Shown piece after piece: positions 1 to 12,420 of a stretch of 42,184 nt of DNA. Position numbers and translations under genes: made by a program. How positions within the stretch are numbered: the first letter of the stretch is position 1; the number at the start of each line of letters is the position of its first letter. The notes under the pieces were generated by a model. That model saw nothing but the letters and a program-made list of their open reading frames with translations, did no database searches and had not been told where the DNA came from. Origin of the DNA: Perkinsus olseni (taxonomy: Eukaryota); the NCBI GenBank assembly GCA_013115125.1, contig JABANN010000290.1, positions 1 to 42,184 on the forward strand. The letters are read 5' to 3'.

Positions 1-603
1 GGGTCCTTCCCCGCTCGGGCCGCTACATTTGTGAGGTACCCCGCATAGAGCGAGGCCTCCGTCCACCGAGGAGCTCACCGAAATGGAGCTCTTCAAAGAC
101 GATGTCATGCTGGAGGATCTCACTCAACGGTACGCGGTGCCCGCCACTCGTTCATTATCAATAACGATAACAAATGATCGCATCGCTATCATTTTGCTCA
201 GATTGCAGCTTATGCAACAGGGCTTAGGATGGATCAACAGATTCGATCCAGCTCAGTATAACCAAGATCCTAAATGGCGACGTGACTGCATCAGAGAAGT
301 TTCCAAGCGTCTTACTGAGCTGCTGAAAGCCAGGGATAAATTAAGCATGGCAACCCGGGTTAGCGCAAGTGTACTCAAGTATTTTAGTTCGGGAGGTGAG
401 TTGAGCGCCACTCGGCCGTGTTTCGGTTTATTCCTGAAGGCCCGATGGACCAAGACTTCGAAACGTGGAGGCAAATGGACGCAGCCGCTTATTGGTCGAT
501 ACACCGGGACGTTGATGAACTCTCTTCATTCCTGCATGCCTGTACAATAGCGCCGTGCAGCATCACCAGGGCTTTGGAGCTGATGGACGGGATCGAGAGG
601 TGA
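1..603 (+). CDS. 3' part of a spliced gene, hypothetical protein (5' end unresolved or outside window)
   Basis: GT-AG introns at 130-201 and 396-439 join ...MELFKDDVMLEDLTQR/LQLMQQGLGWINRFDP...YFSSG/GPMDQDFETWRQ...LMDGIER to TGA at 601-603. No recognisable domain. Confidence 0.6.
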
Positions 604-1604
604 TAGGGACATCATCCGGGACATGTGCTAGTAACTTGAGATTTCACATTTTCGTTCCTCAGGCTTCAAGATACGTTGTTCCAGGATACAGTCGTAAGGT
701 GGTACCATTCGGGGGTGTCAACCGGTCCTAGGGAACGCCGAGCTGCATCCAACCTGATCGATCTCCGTTCGCCGCCCAAGCGCGTCCGCTCTCCTACTGT
801 GCCGCCCGAATCAGACTGCACCCGAGTCTGTAGGAGGGAGTAGTGAATCAGTACTAGTGATCGCTGAGCAAACATTGCTCAGTTGTTACTACCGAATTGG
901 TGCCTCGCACAGTGCGAGTCGCACTTTAATTTCTTTATGCTCATGCCGGATGAGTCATGCCGCATGACTCATGCGGTATAGCCGTAGTAGGATACCTGTT
1001 ATACCAGTCCCCTTTTCGAGCGCACAGACCTCGACTGTGGGTTGTGTTGTCACTAAGGAGTGTTGCGGGACTAACTTTGGGGTTTTATTAACCTGGAACG
1101 CGGGGCGGAATTTCCAAAAGGAAAAACATCCAATAAACATGCCATTCCACGGTGGAAAGGAAGATTATTGCATGTTTTCCCTTTTTTTCGCGCGCTTCGC
1201 GCGCGCCCTATATGGTTCGTCGGACTAACGAGTGTCTTTGGTTCGATCCCCAGGCCCTCCATTTTTCCACATTTTTTAATTGTTTCATTGTTGTGCGAGC
1301 AATTATTTCTTTCCTTCAAAACTAAAAACTTTTCGAAAGGAAATAATTCGTCGGCGCGCGTCTGGGAAACCCTGCTACCGACGATAGGACGATTTATTTT
1401 AGTTACAGGCTCGGTAGTCGCACGCCATACCGTTGGCAGTGGCTGTACACAGCGGGAGACCTCTGCGTCTTTTGCCAAGGGACTTGTGCGATAGCATTCC
1501 AAGCACGAATGTTGGGACAACTGGGGTTCAGATCACGAGACGCATTCGCTGCGTAAGTGTTGTTGAACCTTTCAAGTTAAAAGCATCTAAAACCGTCTTT
1601 CGTG

Positions 1605-2723
1605 ATGCCCCAGCTAATCAACTCGTGGAACATTCTGGCTTCTATCATTCTTCTGGCTGCCAATGGCCAGATCATGAGGCTACTGACGCACTACGCTGAC
1701 TCACCCCCCTATGGCTTCGGATTGTTCCACACTCTGGCCAACGGTCGTGGACAGCGCACGACCGCTCTCGTCGACACTGGGTCCGACTTCTTCTTCTTTG
1801 TCTGGAAGGATTGGTACGAAGCGGCGACTAAGAGGAGTTGCAGTACTATTGCCGCCGGCTGCTTCAAGTGCGAGGGTCCTTGTGCGCCTAAGCAACCGAT
1901 AAAACAGGGCGAGTATGAAGATGGTGTCAAAATCAAGGTTTTCCAGCACAAAGAGAAGATAAAGGTTGGCCAGACCTACGTCAACGACCTCGTCTTCGGG
2001 TTGATATTCGACCAGGCCCCTCCTCCAACTCAGGAGTCTCCGATCAGCATACTCGGTCTTGCCCCAGATGAGGGTGATCCGAACTTTCCCTCTCTGATGA
2101 AGCAGCTCCGGGCGAAGGGGTTTATCGGGAGCAGTATCTTCGCTCTTTATCTCTTCCCGTCCAGTCTGCCCTTACTTGACGGTGGTCTACTCCTAGGAGG
2201 AGGTGACCCGAGTTTGCATATGAACCCGATGCATTTCACCGAGCTGCGGACTGGTGATGGTTATTATATGGTCAAACTTGGTACCCTACAAGTTGGTGAT
2301 GCGCATAAAACTATCGGCATCAACGAAGACGTCACCCTTGATACCGGCACCAATTTTCTATACGTCTCGAAGCTCTATTACGACACAGTCATAAAGGATA
2401 TCAAAGCTCAGGCTAACAAGGCTGCCCGCAAGACAGTCCCGATCACGTTCGATTCTGGCAGAGACGTGTGGACTTTCCCTTGCCAATACCTGACCGTCAT
2501 GCCCCCACTGGCTTTCGGGCTGAGCGCCAAGGGAACTGTCCCATTGACGATGACCTATATGAACTATGCCAGGAACGACGAAGGTTACTGTCACTTCATT
2601 ATCAAGAAAGAAGACGATAATTCTTGGACGTTCCCTGATCGTATGCTTATTGGGAACTATTTCGAATTCCAACCTGACCAACGCCGGGTTGGAATCGCAC
2701 GACTGGCGGGCAACCGAGAGTAG
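1605..2723 (+). CDS. Secreted pepsin-like (A1) aspartic protease, intronless
   Basis: Hydrophobic signal peptide, two catalytic motifs (LVDTGS, TLDTGT), flap Tyr (GEYEDG), ILGL, LLLGG and C-terminal RVGIA. First ATG is at 1605; the ORF track starts at GTG 1602. Confidence 0.92.
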   Translation: MPQLINSWNILASIILLAANGQIMRLLTHYADSPPYGFGLFHTLANGRGQRTTALVDTGSDFFFFVWKDWYEAATKRSCSTIAAGCFKCEGPCAPKQPIKQGEYEDGVKIKVFQHKEKIKVGQTYVNDLVFGLIFDQAPPPTQESPISILGLAPDEGDPNFPSLMKQLRAKGFIGSSIFALYLFPSSLPLLDGGLLLGGGDPSLHMNPMHFTELRTGDGYYMVKLGTLQVGDAHKTIGINEDVTLDTGTNFLYVSKLYYDTVIKDIKAQANKAARKTVPITFDSGRDVWTFPCQYLTVMPPLAFGLSAKGTVPLTMTYMNYARNDEGYCHFIIKKEDDNSWTFPDRMLIGNYFEFQPDQRRVGIARLAGNRE

Positions 2724-3670
2724 CCCACCTAGTGGCTCCAGAGTTGGTGATCATTCGAGCTTCGTCCATGAGTGTTGAATTGGGATAATGAACTGAGGAG
2801 AAATCTTTCAATCTCCCCTTTGTTGCTGTTCATTCCGCTTAGTCGGAGAAATCTTATCATAACTTTATATCAAACACGGCCGGAGGACCTGGATTCTCTT
2901 GAGCCAAATATCAGGCACGACTAGCCTGTCGTGTTGAGTGAAAGGGGGCTGAGTTGTTGTCATCAGTTTTTGGCAGTGCGATTATTCAGCTGTCACCGTT
3001 ATACTCAGTGCAGCATGCGTTCACAAAGGGTTTCGCCTTCTAATGTTCCGCTAGAGACCGTTTCGTGATGAAACTTTCATCACCGCTAACCAATCACTGA
3101 TTTCACGTGGAGTTTCTCAAGTTTCCCTAGCTGTCTTTCCTCTAGGACAGTGGGAACCAACTCGAAAAACTGAAAATGAAAATGTTTTTTTGTTTACGAG
3201 TTTTTATGAAAATCGCAAAAACTGAGGTTTCTCGATCAAAAGATTCTGGCGATTTGCATAACGGTTTGACTCCAGAGTCCAGACTAGGTTCAGGATCGGA
3301 TCTTGAGAATCCCGACCGACCCCAAAGGGGTCGCTGTCGCACAAAAGGAGACAGTGGAACAAGTGGAACGCAACGCAGACTGAGAGTGAAGGTCTCGCAA
3401 GAGAGCAAGTTCAAGCAAGTGCACGAATGATGGAAGAAAGGGAGTGCTCTGGTACCGCAACCGCATTGTCGAGTACCGGCGTACTAGGGCTTCCATAGCC
3501 ATAGTGTGCGGCAAGTCAGACTTGCCAAGTCTCACTGCGATCGCTGATTTGCCACTGTCTTTTTCTGTATCAAGTTGGTTGGGGCCCCCAACCAACTTGA
3601 TACAACCGGGGCAGAGAGGCAGGCGGTTCCGAATAAGGGAACAGGCCTTGAATTACTGGAGGACATAATA

Positions 3671-3739
3671 ATTAGGGAAACTTAAGAAAGTATAAGTGTG
3701 ATAACTTATCACACTTATACTTTCTTGAGTTTCCCTGAT
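3671..3739. repeat. Palindrome, 34-bp arms, 1-nt centre
   Basis: attagggaaacttaagaaagtataagtgtgataa-c-ttatcacacttatactttcttgagtttccctgat, two mismatches. Confidence 0.9.
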
Positions 3740-4964
3740 AAGTGATTAGTGGGAAATAAGTCCAAGTGGACTTATTTCCTATTTCTTATTTTCCTTATTT
3801 CTTATATAAAAAATTGGGGGGCTTGTTTCAATGGGGAAGAATGCATTCTTTCTTCCCGGCTAATAGCCGGCGGCTATATTCCCGGGAATGTCCGAAAATT
3901 CCCGGGAATGGCAAGAATGATTCATTCTTCCCACTTTTGGGCCACCCTGAATTACGTACTGGCCGGGCGTCTGGGTAGATCTAACGTCGAGACACGTAGA
4001 GATCTTGCAAGAGCAAGAATGCCGTTCAAGTTGAGCAAGCTCGGGACTCTCCAGCGGGGAGAGATCAACCTCAGACTAGCCTACAGACTGTAGGCTTATT
4101 ACTACCTTAGTTGAGCGTGCAGTGACTATCAATGATAGTCACATGATAGTATATCATGTGAACATCACCTCAGGCCTCGGCATGGCTCGCATAGCCGTTA
4201 AACGGGACCCGTTTCTCTTTGGATTCATGGAGCTGCCATGAGTCCACATGGAGCTGCCATGAGCCCATGACAGAGAATCGCCTCCCAGCTGATATTACTA
4301 CACGCAATGCTATCAGAAAGTGTCACGAAGCCGTTGCTGTTCGGCACTACTAACAAGCACTCTATGATCCATGCCTCTGGAGGCTATACGGGATGCACTA
4401 TTGATGGGGTAAACTGGAGCGCTTCGTCCCCGACGCACGCTCGTTCACCACTCATCATCGTCCGACTCTGTAGCCATCTCTTTTCCTCTAACGGCTGGAG
4501 CCGAGTCCAACAGTCCCGAGTAGGCAGTAGAACTGAACGCCGGTGGTAGAGGAATTCGCTGCGATGACCATCTTACCTCGCAAGTCTGTCCACGATGGCC
4601 TCGGCACTTGCCGAGTTTCTCCCCTCGCCTTCATCGTCGAGATCAGGCAAGTGGTTGTAATCCTCAGCCGTGCCAGGAAGGGTCCAAACCTATGCAAACC
4701 AGAGGGGCTTCCAAACCGATACGAAAGATACGCGGATTCCTACGAGCTCGAACCGACCCCCACCTTAATTCTGCCTTCCTCCGTCCCAGTATAAATCCGA
4801 TCGGCCTCTCCGACATCTCCTCCAGTGGAAGGAGTCCAAATGATAGCCGTCACGTCAGCTACCTCGGGATGGGTCACCAAGCGAGCGGCGCTCATTATAG
4901 GGGAGTCCTCGGGCTGAGCAGCAGGGGCATTATTCGGTGCGACAGCGAAGGAAAGAAGTCTCCG

Positions 4965-7674
4965 TCAGCACACTCTAATGAAAGCACTCAGCCAATGACC
5001 TGTTACCGCGGCGCTGAGGCTCCAGAGCGCCACCACTCCCGAGGTGTAGCCGGCCGCGACCATTCTGCGTTCCGTGTTGAAGGCTACGCACGAGACCCTC
5101 CCAGCCGAGCTCCGCTTGGTGTACTCTGGAGGAACGAACCTTGAGGAACTCCGATACTGTGCAGTAGAAAGCACAGATCACAGACGCTGCCGGAGTCCGG
5201 CAGCCGGACTCGGTCGAATCGCGGCACAGCTCTACCAATGTTTGAATTACCGACGACTGGTCCACAACCAGTCGTCGAAGAAATGGGTCAAAGCTACAGC
5301 GATAAGCCGCCAGGATTGTGAAGCAAACGAATCTTCATACTGCCAAATCTTTGATGGCTCGACCAGAGCCGACTGAAATCGCTGATGGAAGTAGCGGGGA
5401 GTATGCCGCCTAGGTGATCGATTAATGCCGACCACCTAGGATGGTGGGCCATCATCCTCAGAAAGACTAACGGGGAGCCGTATTATAAGGTCTTTTTAAA
5501 ATTACTTTTTCAGTCGGAGCATCCTTTTTTCATATCCCGGATTCTGTATATCATACATCGACACGCAGGCGTCATGAGCCACCAGTAACACTGTTGAGGG
5601 ATCAGATGAGTTCAGTGAGCGCGGGATGCACTGAGACAAACAGAAGACTCCCCTCGCACATCCGAGGTCGCTCCAACTTATGCTGATCGCAAATCCCGTC
5701 GTAGACATGAAAGTCTTGCTTTATTATCCCACGCTCACCAGCGCGGCAACTCCTGAGCCATCGTGGCTGCTGAATTGATGAAGGAAAGTCGGTTTGGGCG
5801 CGGTCGTCGTGTCAAAGATGAAGACCTCTCCGCCACTGCTACCAATGTAAGCTCGACCATACGAGTCGACAACCTGAGGTTGGGGAGTGTTCCAAATCTT
5901 GCATTCTTGCATTTCCTCAACGCAATTTGCTTACAACAGATGTGAGGTATGCTGATCCCTTCAGACGTTTGTTTAGCCTCCCCCCAGAGTACAGCTGGCC
6001 GCTTGGCGTCGGCTTCAACACGACGTCGACTACCCTCACCTGCCAAGACTCAATCGGGGCAGCTCAGTAGAGAAGCACCCGTAGAGGATGCAGCCTGAAG
6101 TCTCAAGCAGTGTGAAGATGCTTTCTTGCTTCGCCGTAGGAGACAATGTATACAGCATGGAAGGGCAGGGACTCCCTCTCGTTTGCGTGTACCCATGCTC
6201 AGCTTAGCCGAGAGCTCCGTCAGGGAGCACACGAGCAAAGCATTCGACTCGTGGACGCATGAGGAGGCCTCGGCCGACAAGACTTCACCAGACACCCACC
6301 GCGTTATCCAATCCAACAGTGACTATCCTTCCCGCCTCCCCAAGTGCTATCGCCGTGACGGGATGAGGCCCATGGGCGTCAAGTCGCCAAAGTAGCTTGG
6401 GCTCAGGCTGCTGCGTAGACGGTAGCGAGTACCCGACCAAAGTCCCCGACTCCGTACCTGCTGCGACACAGTCGCCCCCGAGAGACTCCAAGATCGGACT
6501 CTCAAATCGAGACCTAGCATGCCGCTCCTGAATGCCGGGTGAACACGCACACTCGAGGACTAATGAACGAGCACACAATAATGTTAGCACACAATAGGAA
6601 GCGCTGCTAGCTGAAGTATGGCCTCTTTACTCGTTGCAGCCAATAGTGTTTGACTCTCTTTTTTTATCCCCAACGGGAGAGGCTAAGGGCCGCTAAGAGA
6701 ATGTTTCCCACGAGAGTACAATGCTCAATGTTATTAGTGACGGCGGGAGGCTCCCGCCGGGAGCTCGGGCATTAGTGCAGGGCTCACCGATAACGAACTG
6801 CCTCGCCGCTTCCACTGTAGCAACAACCCTCATCTTCACGGAAGACGTCTCTCGCATTATGCACTTCCACCTGAGAGGGTTTACTCACAAGCTTCGCTCC
6901 GCCATGCCACCGGGACGGTTTTGGCGATACTATATTTATCACATTCTATTAGAATGTGAGAGGTTGTACGAAAGCGTCATGTCGGCCATACAGCCGCAGT
7001 CCGGCGTCTACCTGCCCCTTCCCTCGTACGGCGGAGGTCCACCGGTGGACTTCACTCGGTGGTAGACATTCACCGACCCCAGCTCGTCCGGTTCCACGAC
7101 TGACCAGACTCGACCGAGACGTGCCATAGCAGTTGAATCCTAAAGACCACACCGTCCCGACGGCGATTTGCCGTTGAACGAATTGCGCGGTATCAATCAG
7201 ATCATAGCGGAGGAGAGCATCCTCAGTACAACCCCCAAGCCAACTCCTACTTCGTGAGCAGCGATAATAATAGTTTGTGTAGAGTTCACTTGCATGCCAC
7301 TAACCGCGAATCTGAGTGTGTGGAGACTGCGTGAGTATCTTCCTCATGTATGTCGAAGCTCGCCTGGGATCATCCAGCTTAGCCTGGTCATCTCCAGCGT
7401 CATCGGCTATTTTTAGCTGCAGCGGTGACGCGTAGGCAACGTCAGTGTGCTTTTCAAACTCAATGAATCTAATCGAGATGAGAGTTCACTCACGGCAGAC
7501 GATGGAGTAGCGTCTCTCAGATTCGACCTGAGTAGTGGCAGGCTCGATCGAGTGTCTGGCCGTTGGATGAGTCGACGTAGCAGTACGTGAAGCACATGAG
7601 TTCGAGTCCCTGAAATTGCCGTCACTGAGACATGTGAGAGTTGGTAACTCACTTATCGTATCAGAGCTTGCCAT
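4965..7674 (-). CDS. Multi-exon WD40/beta-propeller protein (ends approximate)
   Basis: Exon fragments with WD-like repeats: AHGPHPVTAIALGEAGRIVTVGLDNAVGVW, YIGSSGGEVFIFD, HDACVSMYD, VSCVAFNTERRMVAAGYTSGVVALWS. Candidate start MASSDTI at 7674 is followed by a GTGAGT donor. Linkage of the 5' exons and the true stop are uncertain. Confidence 0.65.
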
Positions 7675-8956
7675 TGGTGCCTTGACAAATGTCTTTGGGG
7701 GGAGAGGCGGGAGGAAGGCAAGCCCGCATCCCGTCAGCTGAAGCAGCATGGAAGTGCTGTAGCCGCGCAGCAGTCAACAGCCACATAGCACAATGGAACT
7801 GTGTGTTCACCAGCTTCGTACTAGCGTCCCATCATTAATTCTCTATTTCTCTCGACTGCTCCCAGGTCTATTTGGCTTTCTTCCGTTTACTGTCATTTCA
7901 ATCTACTCGTAGTGGTCTACCACATTTCCCACAACCTCTAGGCTACAACGATACAATCTATCCGACCCTGGGGCGCCTTCGAGCCACCAACTTGGGTCAT
8001 GGAGACGCTCACATCGAGGCGGTAACGGTGGGAAACGGCAAGAGATGATCGCCGCAATGGCCCAAGCTCTCAAGTCGTCGACAGACCTCTGGAGTCAATC
8101 TAGCTTTCCCTCGAGATAGCGCACCTTACTTCCATCATTAAGGAATCGAACTCTGAGAACCTCCTATAAACGGTCCAGGACAGGGACTGGTACCTATCCT
8201 CGGACAAATATCATGATACCAGCCCAGATTGGCGCGACTAGGCCTACGTAACATCAACCTTGAACCTGACGGTGCTCTCATCTTCAACAGGGGTTGAGCC
8301 GGTTATGGAGGTCCGAATGCCGCTGGTCGGACTTCGACGGTGCAAGAGTCCACTGGTGACGATCACCATGATAGTGGAGTTATCAGCACGTAACTGCACC
8401 CCATGCGTCGTGATGCGCAGCTGGTGACAACTTTCAGGACGATTGTGGGGACTTTCTGAACGATGATTGGAACCTACTATAGGGAAGGTTCCCGAGCGAA
8501 AAACAAAGTGTCAGCGAAGCTCGCTGAGCGAACCAGTGCCCAAAGGCCGCTGAGGAAGCGAAGTTCGCTGAGTGGAGGGTCTCGACGCCAAAAGATGCGG
8601 GAGACCATACAGCACTCAACACGACAATGAAAAACCATCGGAGAAATCTGCTATTGCAACCGTTACGTCGCCGGCTTAGAAGCTGAAGACGCTACACGAG
8701 AAAGATTTCGGGAGAATCTTGCTAGTCACTCAAGAGCTCACAATCGCCACCACAAGATGGCTCGGATGGGTTTAATGAAACGATATCTTCACAAGGAGCC
8801 GTCTGTCGGTCCGAGGAGGCAGCTTGACCTCTCACCTGCACGCGACCACACAGGTTTAGCGCTCACATTGAAACTGCCCTACGTACATGACGCAGATTAT
8901 CGATGGCTTTCTCGGAAGCTTCGCCAACGACTCTCTTGAGAATGCTATCAAGAGCC

Positions 8957-9220
8957 TCTCCGAAGGTTCTATCAACAGCTTCTTTGAGGGTTCTGTCAAC
9001 AGCTTCTTTCAGGGTTCTGTCAACAGCTTCCTCGAGGGTTCTGTCAACAGCTTCCTCGAGGGTTCTGTCAACAACTTCCTCGAGGGTTCTGTCAACAACT
9101 TCCTCGAGGGTTCTGTCAACAACTTCTTTGAGATTTCTGTCAACAGCTTCTTTGAGGACTCTGTCAAGAGCTTCTCCGAGGACTCTGTCGAGAGCTTTCT
9201 CGAGAGCTCTCTCGAGAGCT
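8957..9220. repeat. Tandem repeat, 24-bp unit, about 11 copies decaying at both ends
   Basis: Core unit ctcgagggttctgtcaaca(a/g)cttc. Reads EE(A/V)VDRTL on the minus strand and LEGSVNNF or SSRVLSTT on the plus strand. Confidence 0.92.
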
Positions 9221-9499
9221 CCATCAATATTTCCCCTCACGGCCTTCTGGATGCAGCCCTCGAGCACTCCACTGCCGCCCTCCCATAAGTCAACCTGATA
9301 ATAAAGGGAAGGAGCACGTCGAAGGTTGTTTCGATGTACTTGTTGGATCCTGTAGGGAAGGCTTACCTGATGCCTCGGACTCTCGTCTCGATCCGACTCA
9401 CATCGAGAAGGACCGCTAGATCCACCAGAGGCACCAGGTGATACCTGGGAAAAAGGGCCGTGGCTCAGCAACGAACGAGTTGTAACGAGTAACGGTTAT

Positions 9500-10147
9500 T
9501 CAATAACCTACTCGACTCTTAGCCGGTCGGCTGAGTGCGGCTGTCTTCCTGCGGGCCTGAGGGCTCCCAGCAGACGGGCTGCCGTCTGGCGCGTCGATCA
9601 CAGAGGGCCTCCTCGATTTAGAAGAGGTTGAAGACCTGGTGGTCCGAGTTGAATTGCTCGGACTTCTGGCTGTCGTCGGAATGCACATACGTAAGTGCTT
9701 GTCACACCAGGAAGAGTAATCAGCTCCCAACCTCGTCGCCGCCGACCTCACTTTATTCAAATCAGTTTTTCTAACTGCTAGGCCCAGAAGGTTATCACTC
9801 GTATGCTCAGTAAGACGCAGCTTGATGATGCTCGTCCAGCGTCGAGAAATTTCACATTGCATACAGGGAGAGAGGGCTTGCAGTATTTGCCGCTCTACAT
9901 CGTTCACGATGTAACCGGTATCAGAGATCGCCTTGTCGAGGGCCCTCAAGGAGTTTCCTTTCTTAGCAGACCATCGACCCCTACGCCTTCCAGCCCTACG
10001 GGAGCCAGTAGGGGCAGCCATTAAATCTGGAGATGACAAAACTGATAGTACGACTACCAGAATCGCACATGAGCCAGCCGAACGCAAGAATTCTTTCCTA
10101 TCTTGCGGCAAGATAGGGGAGAGTTCAGCAGACATTAGAAAATTCAA
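9500..10147 (-). CDS. Hypothetical ORF, basic and Ser/Arg-rich; may continue by frameshift into 8863-9471 and may be repeat-derived
   Basis: 215-aa intronless ORF directly upstream of the repeat-containing ORF on the same strand. No recognised domain. Confidence 0.3.
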   Translation of the reverse strand: MNFLMSAELSPILPQDRKEFLRSAGSCAILVVVLSVLSSPDLMAAPTGSRRAGRRRGRWSAKKGNSLRALDKAISDTGYIVNDVERQILQALSPCMQCEISRRWTSIIKLRLTEHTSDNLLGLAVRKTDLNKVRSAATRLGADYSSWCDKHLRMCIPTTARSPSNSTRTTRSSTSSKSRRPSVIDAPDGSPSAGSPQARRKTAALSRPAKSRVGY

Positions 10148-11127
10148 TTTGCCAAATTGTTATGTCCCCTGGGGCCGGTGCTCCTAGCCGTTCAGCGCAC
10201 GAGCTATCGTCCAATTCCGTAAAAGTGACGATTTTCAAGGTTAGAAACCTCACCTCACGAAGCTGAGCAAGTTGTAGGATCGTTTTACAGTCCCTCCAGT
10301 TTTTTTACTTCCTTTCTTTTTCTCTTTTCTTTGCGAAGACTTCAAAAGTTTTCCTAAATTTTCTAAAACGCGCAAGTCAGGCAAATAACACCGCGCAGCA
10401 GATTCTTAGCAACTCTAGTTTTTCAGCATCCTATCGTCTCAGGGAACTGTCTAGCAGCGAGGCCTCGCTTAACTGTTTAGCCTAAACATCATCACATATT
10501 CCACTGGAGATAATCTCCGATTATGAAGTCTGAACTCGCGATGGTTGACGAGAACTGCAAAATTCACCCTATCAGCACGTTACAAGTTCTTAGCAACTCA
10601 CGGCGGCTGTAGCAAAATCGTTCATTCTAGCTGCGAAGTATATTCCTCATTTCAGGTCCATGCAAGACTCTCGCAGCGAGAGGCTTGGTGGAACCGAGAG
10701 GGCATCTTGTGAATACTCCATCCCAAAAATATCAGACCCAGGACTATGAACCTAGCAACGCTCGAGAGCACACCACAAGTACTGCAGTGTCTGGGCCCTA
10801 GCCACAAGGGACCAACGTCTTGAGACTCCCTTCCGCGCAAGGGTGCCTTTTCACCCCTTCGCCCGCCGCATGACACAGAGACGGCGCGAAATTGGACGTT
10901 TTTGTGCAGCAGAACTTTCCAGAGGTCCCCGGAAACCCGGGGCCCTATTTCCAACGGCGCTGAGAGAGGTTACGAGCTGTTATAGGTATACCATCTTGCT
11001 TATCGCAGCCTTCTTGCATACAGCTAGGCTTGGAATGGGGTTCGGGGTGTGCCAACAAGCCTTGTTGGCCTTGTTGAACAAGGGAGACCCGGAACAGATC
11101 TTTCCCGATATCCATGCCGCATGGACC

Positions 11128-12420
11128 ATGCGTGCCTTCGGAATTGGCTTATTCGTCGTCCTGCCTCAACAGGCCCTCGGAAGCAGTTTCCGCCAGAAGG
11201 TGCGTTCTCCGCACTATGGCTCTACCGTTGCGAGCTCTCGCCTTCTTTACACATGTTCCTCTCGTAGAGTTCGCTTAAGGCTGATAATAAACAAGAAGGA
11301 AGGTGCATACTCAGTACGAAAGACGTCAAAGGGAAAGGGAAATACGACCGTCCATACGGAGAGACTGAAACCGCCATATTCACGCCCGTACGTTAAGTCG
11401 AGAGGGTCTGAGAAGGTTTCCACTTCCTTTCAGCATGGGGCCTCAGTGGGCGCTATTTACGACCAAGATTCCAACAGCTACTTCGTGGACTACACTTCGA
11501 TTGAGCTCACGTAGGGTCAATTTCTCTGTGTTTCATTGTGAGATTTTGCCGACAGCCATGTCTCAGAGCAAAGAACGAAGCAAGCACGCAACAAAGGGTC
11601 CATCATTTCATCAGCCCCGGTGAACCAGGATTCGAGAACATGCAGAGCTTCACTCTTGGAGATAGCCGCGATTGCCAAGACAGTATCGTCGAGGGAGCGA
11701 GGCGTGTACTCAAGGAAGGCCGTGCACCCAACGGCATAACAAGCAAGCTTGCCAAGGAGTTCACCAAAAACTCTAAGAGTCTCTCGCCTCTGATTATATC
11801 CCGCTTCATCGAAGAGTCACTAGTGCCTGAGCCAACTGATGATGAATCTGAGCCGACCGATGATGAGGATGAGCCGGCCGACGATGAGGACAGAAAATGG
11901 CAAATAGCTGATAACGGAAACATCTATACTGAGGTGAGTTTTGCGGCCGGCTCTCGTCTGTTGTATTAGCTCAATGTTCAAGGTACAACCGGTCTCGATG
12001 TTCAGCGTATTCTGGAGTGATGAGCTCAACTACGCTTACATGAACAGCGTGATCTTCGTGGACTCAGAAGCAAAAAAACCCTTCCAGTAGGAGAACGGTA
12101 TCGTCGCACATTCCCCGATTCCACGCGTTATCAGGCTTCCGCTCTCCCCACAAGGCCTGGATCTTGTTCGCTCTGCCTTCAAAAAGGTCACTTATGGCAA
12201 ACGTGAAATGTTCCAAAAGAAATTCGAAGAAACCGTGCTAGAGGTCAGCAAAGAACTCATGGAAAGCTCTGACGCTAAGAGGATGGCTGGCGACAAGGAC
12301 TGGGATGCCGTTATGAAAAAAGCCGCGGAGGGAGGAGAACTTTTCAGCGAGACGCTGGTTCTCGCCGTAGCCACCGGCTGGAATAAGAAGATGAAGTCTT
12401 ATATCCCTTACAGAGATTGA
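11128..12420 (+). CDS. Secreted hypothetical protein, paralog 1
   Basis: MRAFGIGLFVVLPQQALG signal-like start. Several short introns (e.g. 11388-11433). Motifs YFVDYTSIEL, HFISPGE, SPLIISRFIEE, LNYAYMNS, ETLVLAVATGWNKK. Stop at 12418-12420. Confidence 0.75.

Noticed and set aside
1236-1266. tRNA-like 3' end GGTTCGATCCCCAGGCCCTCCA followed by T-run
   Set aside because: No D-arm, anticodon arm or matching acceptor strand upstream; at most a B-box-like relic.
2898-2907. Match to the reverse complement of the dinoflagellate/Perkinsus spliced-leader 3' end (CTTGAGCCAA)
   Set aside because: Only 10 nt with no extension or SL RNA context; plausible by chance.
8640-8939. Penelope-like retroelement remnant (LKLPYV motif)
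   Set aside because: Only a short motif; no reverse transcriptase or GIY-YIG signature found nearby.
8957-9220. CRISPR-like array
   Set aside because: Contiguous units without unique spacers, eukaryotic context and no cas genes.
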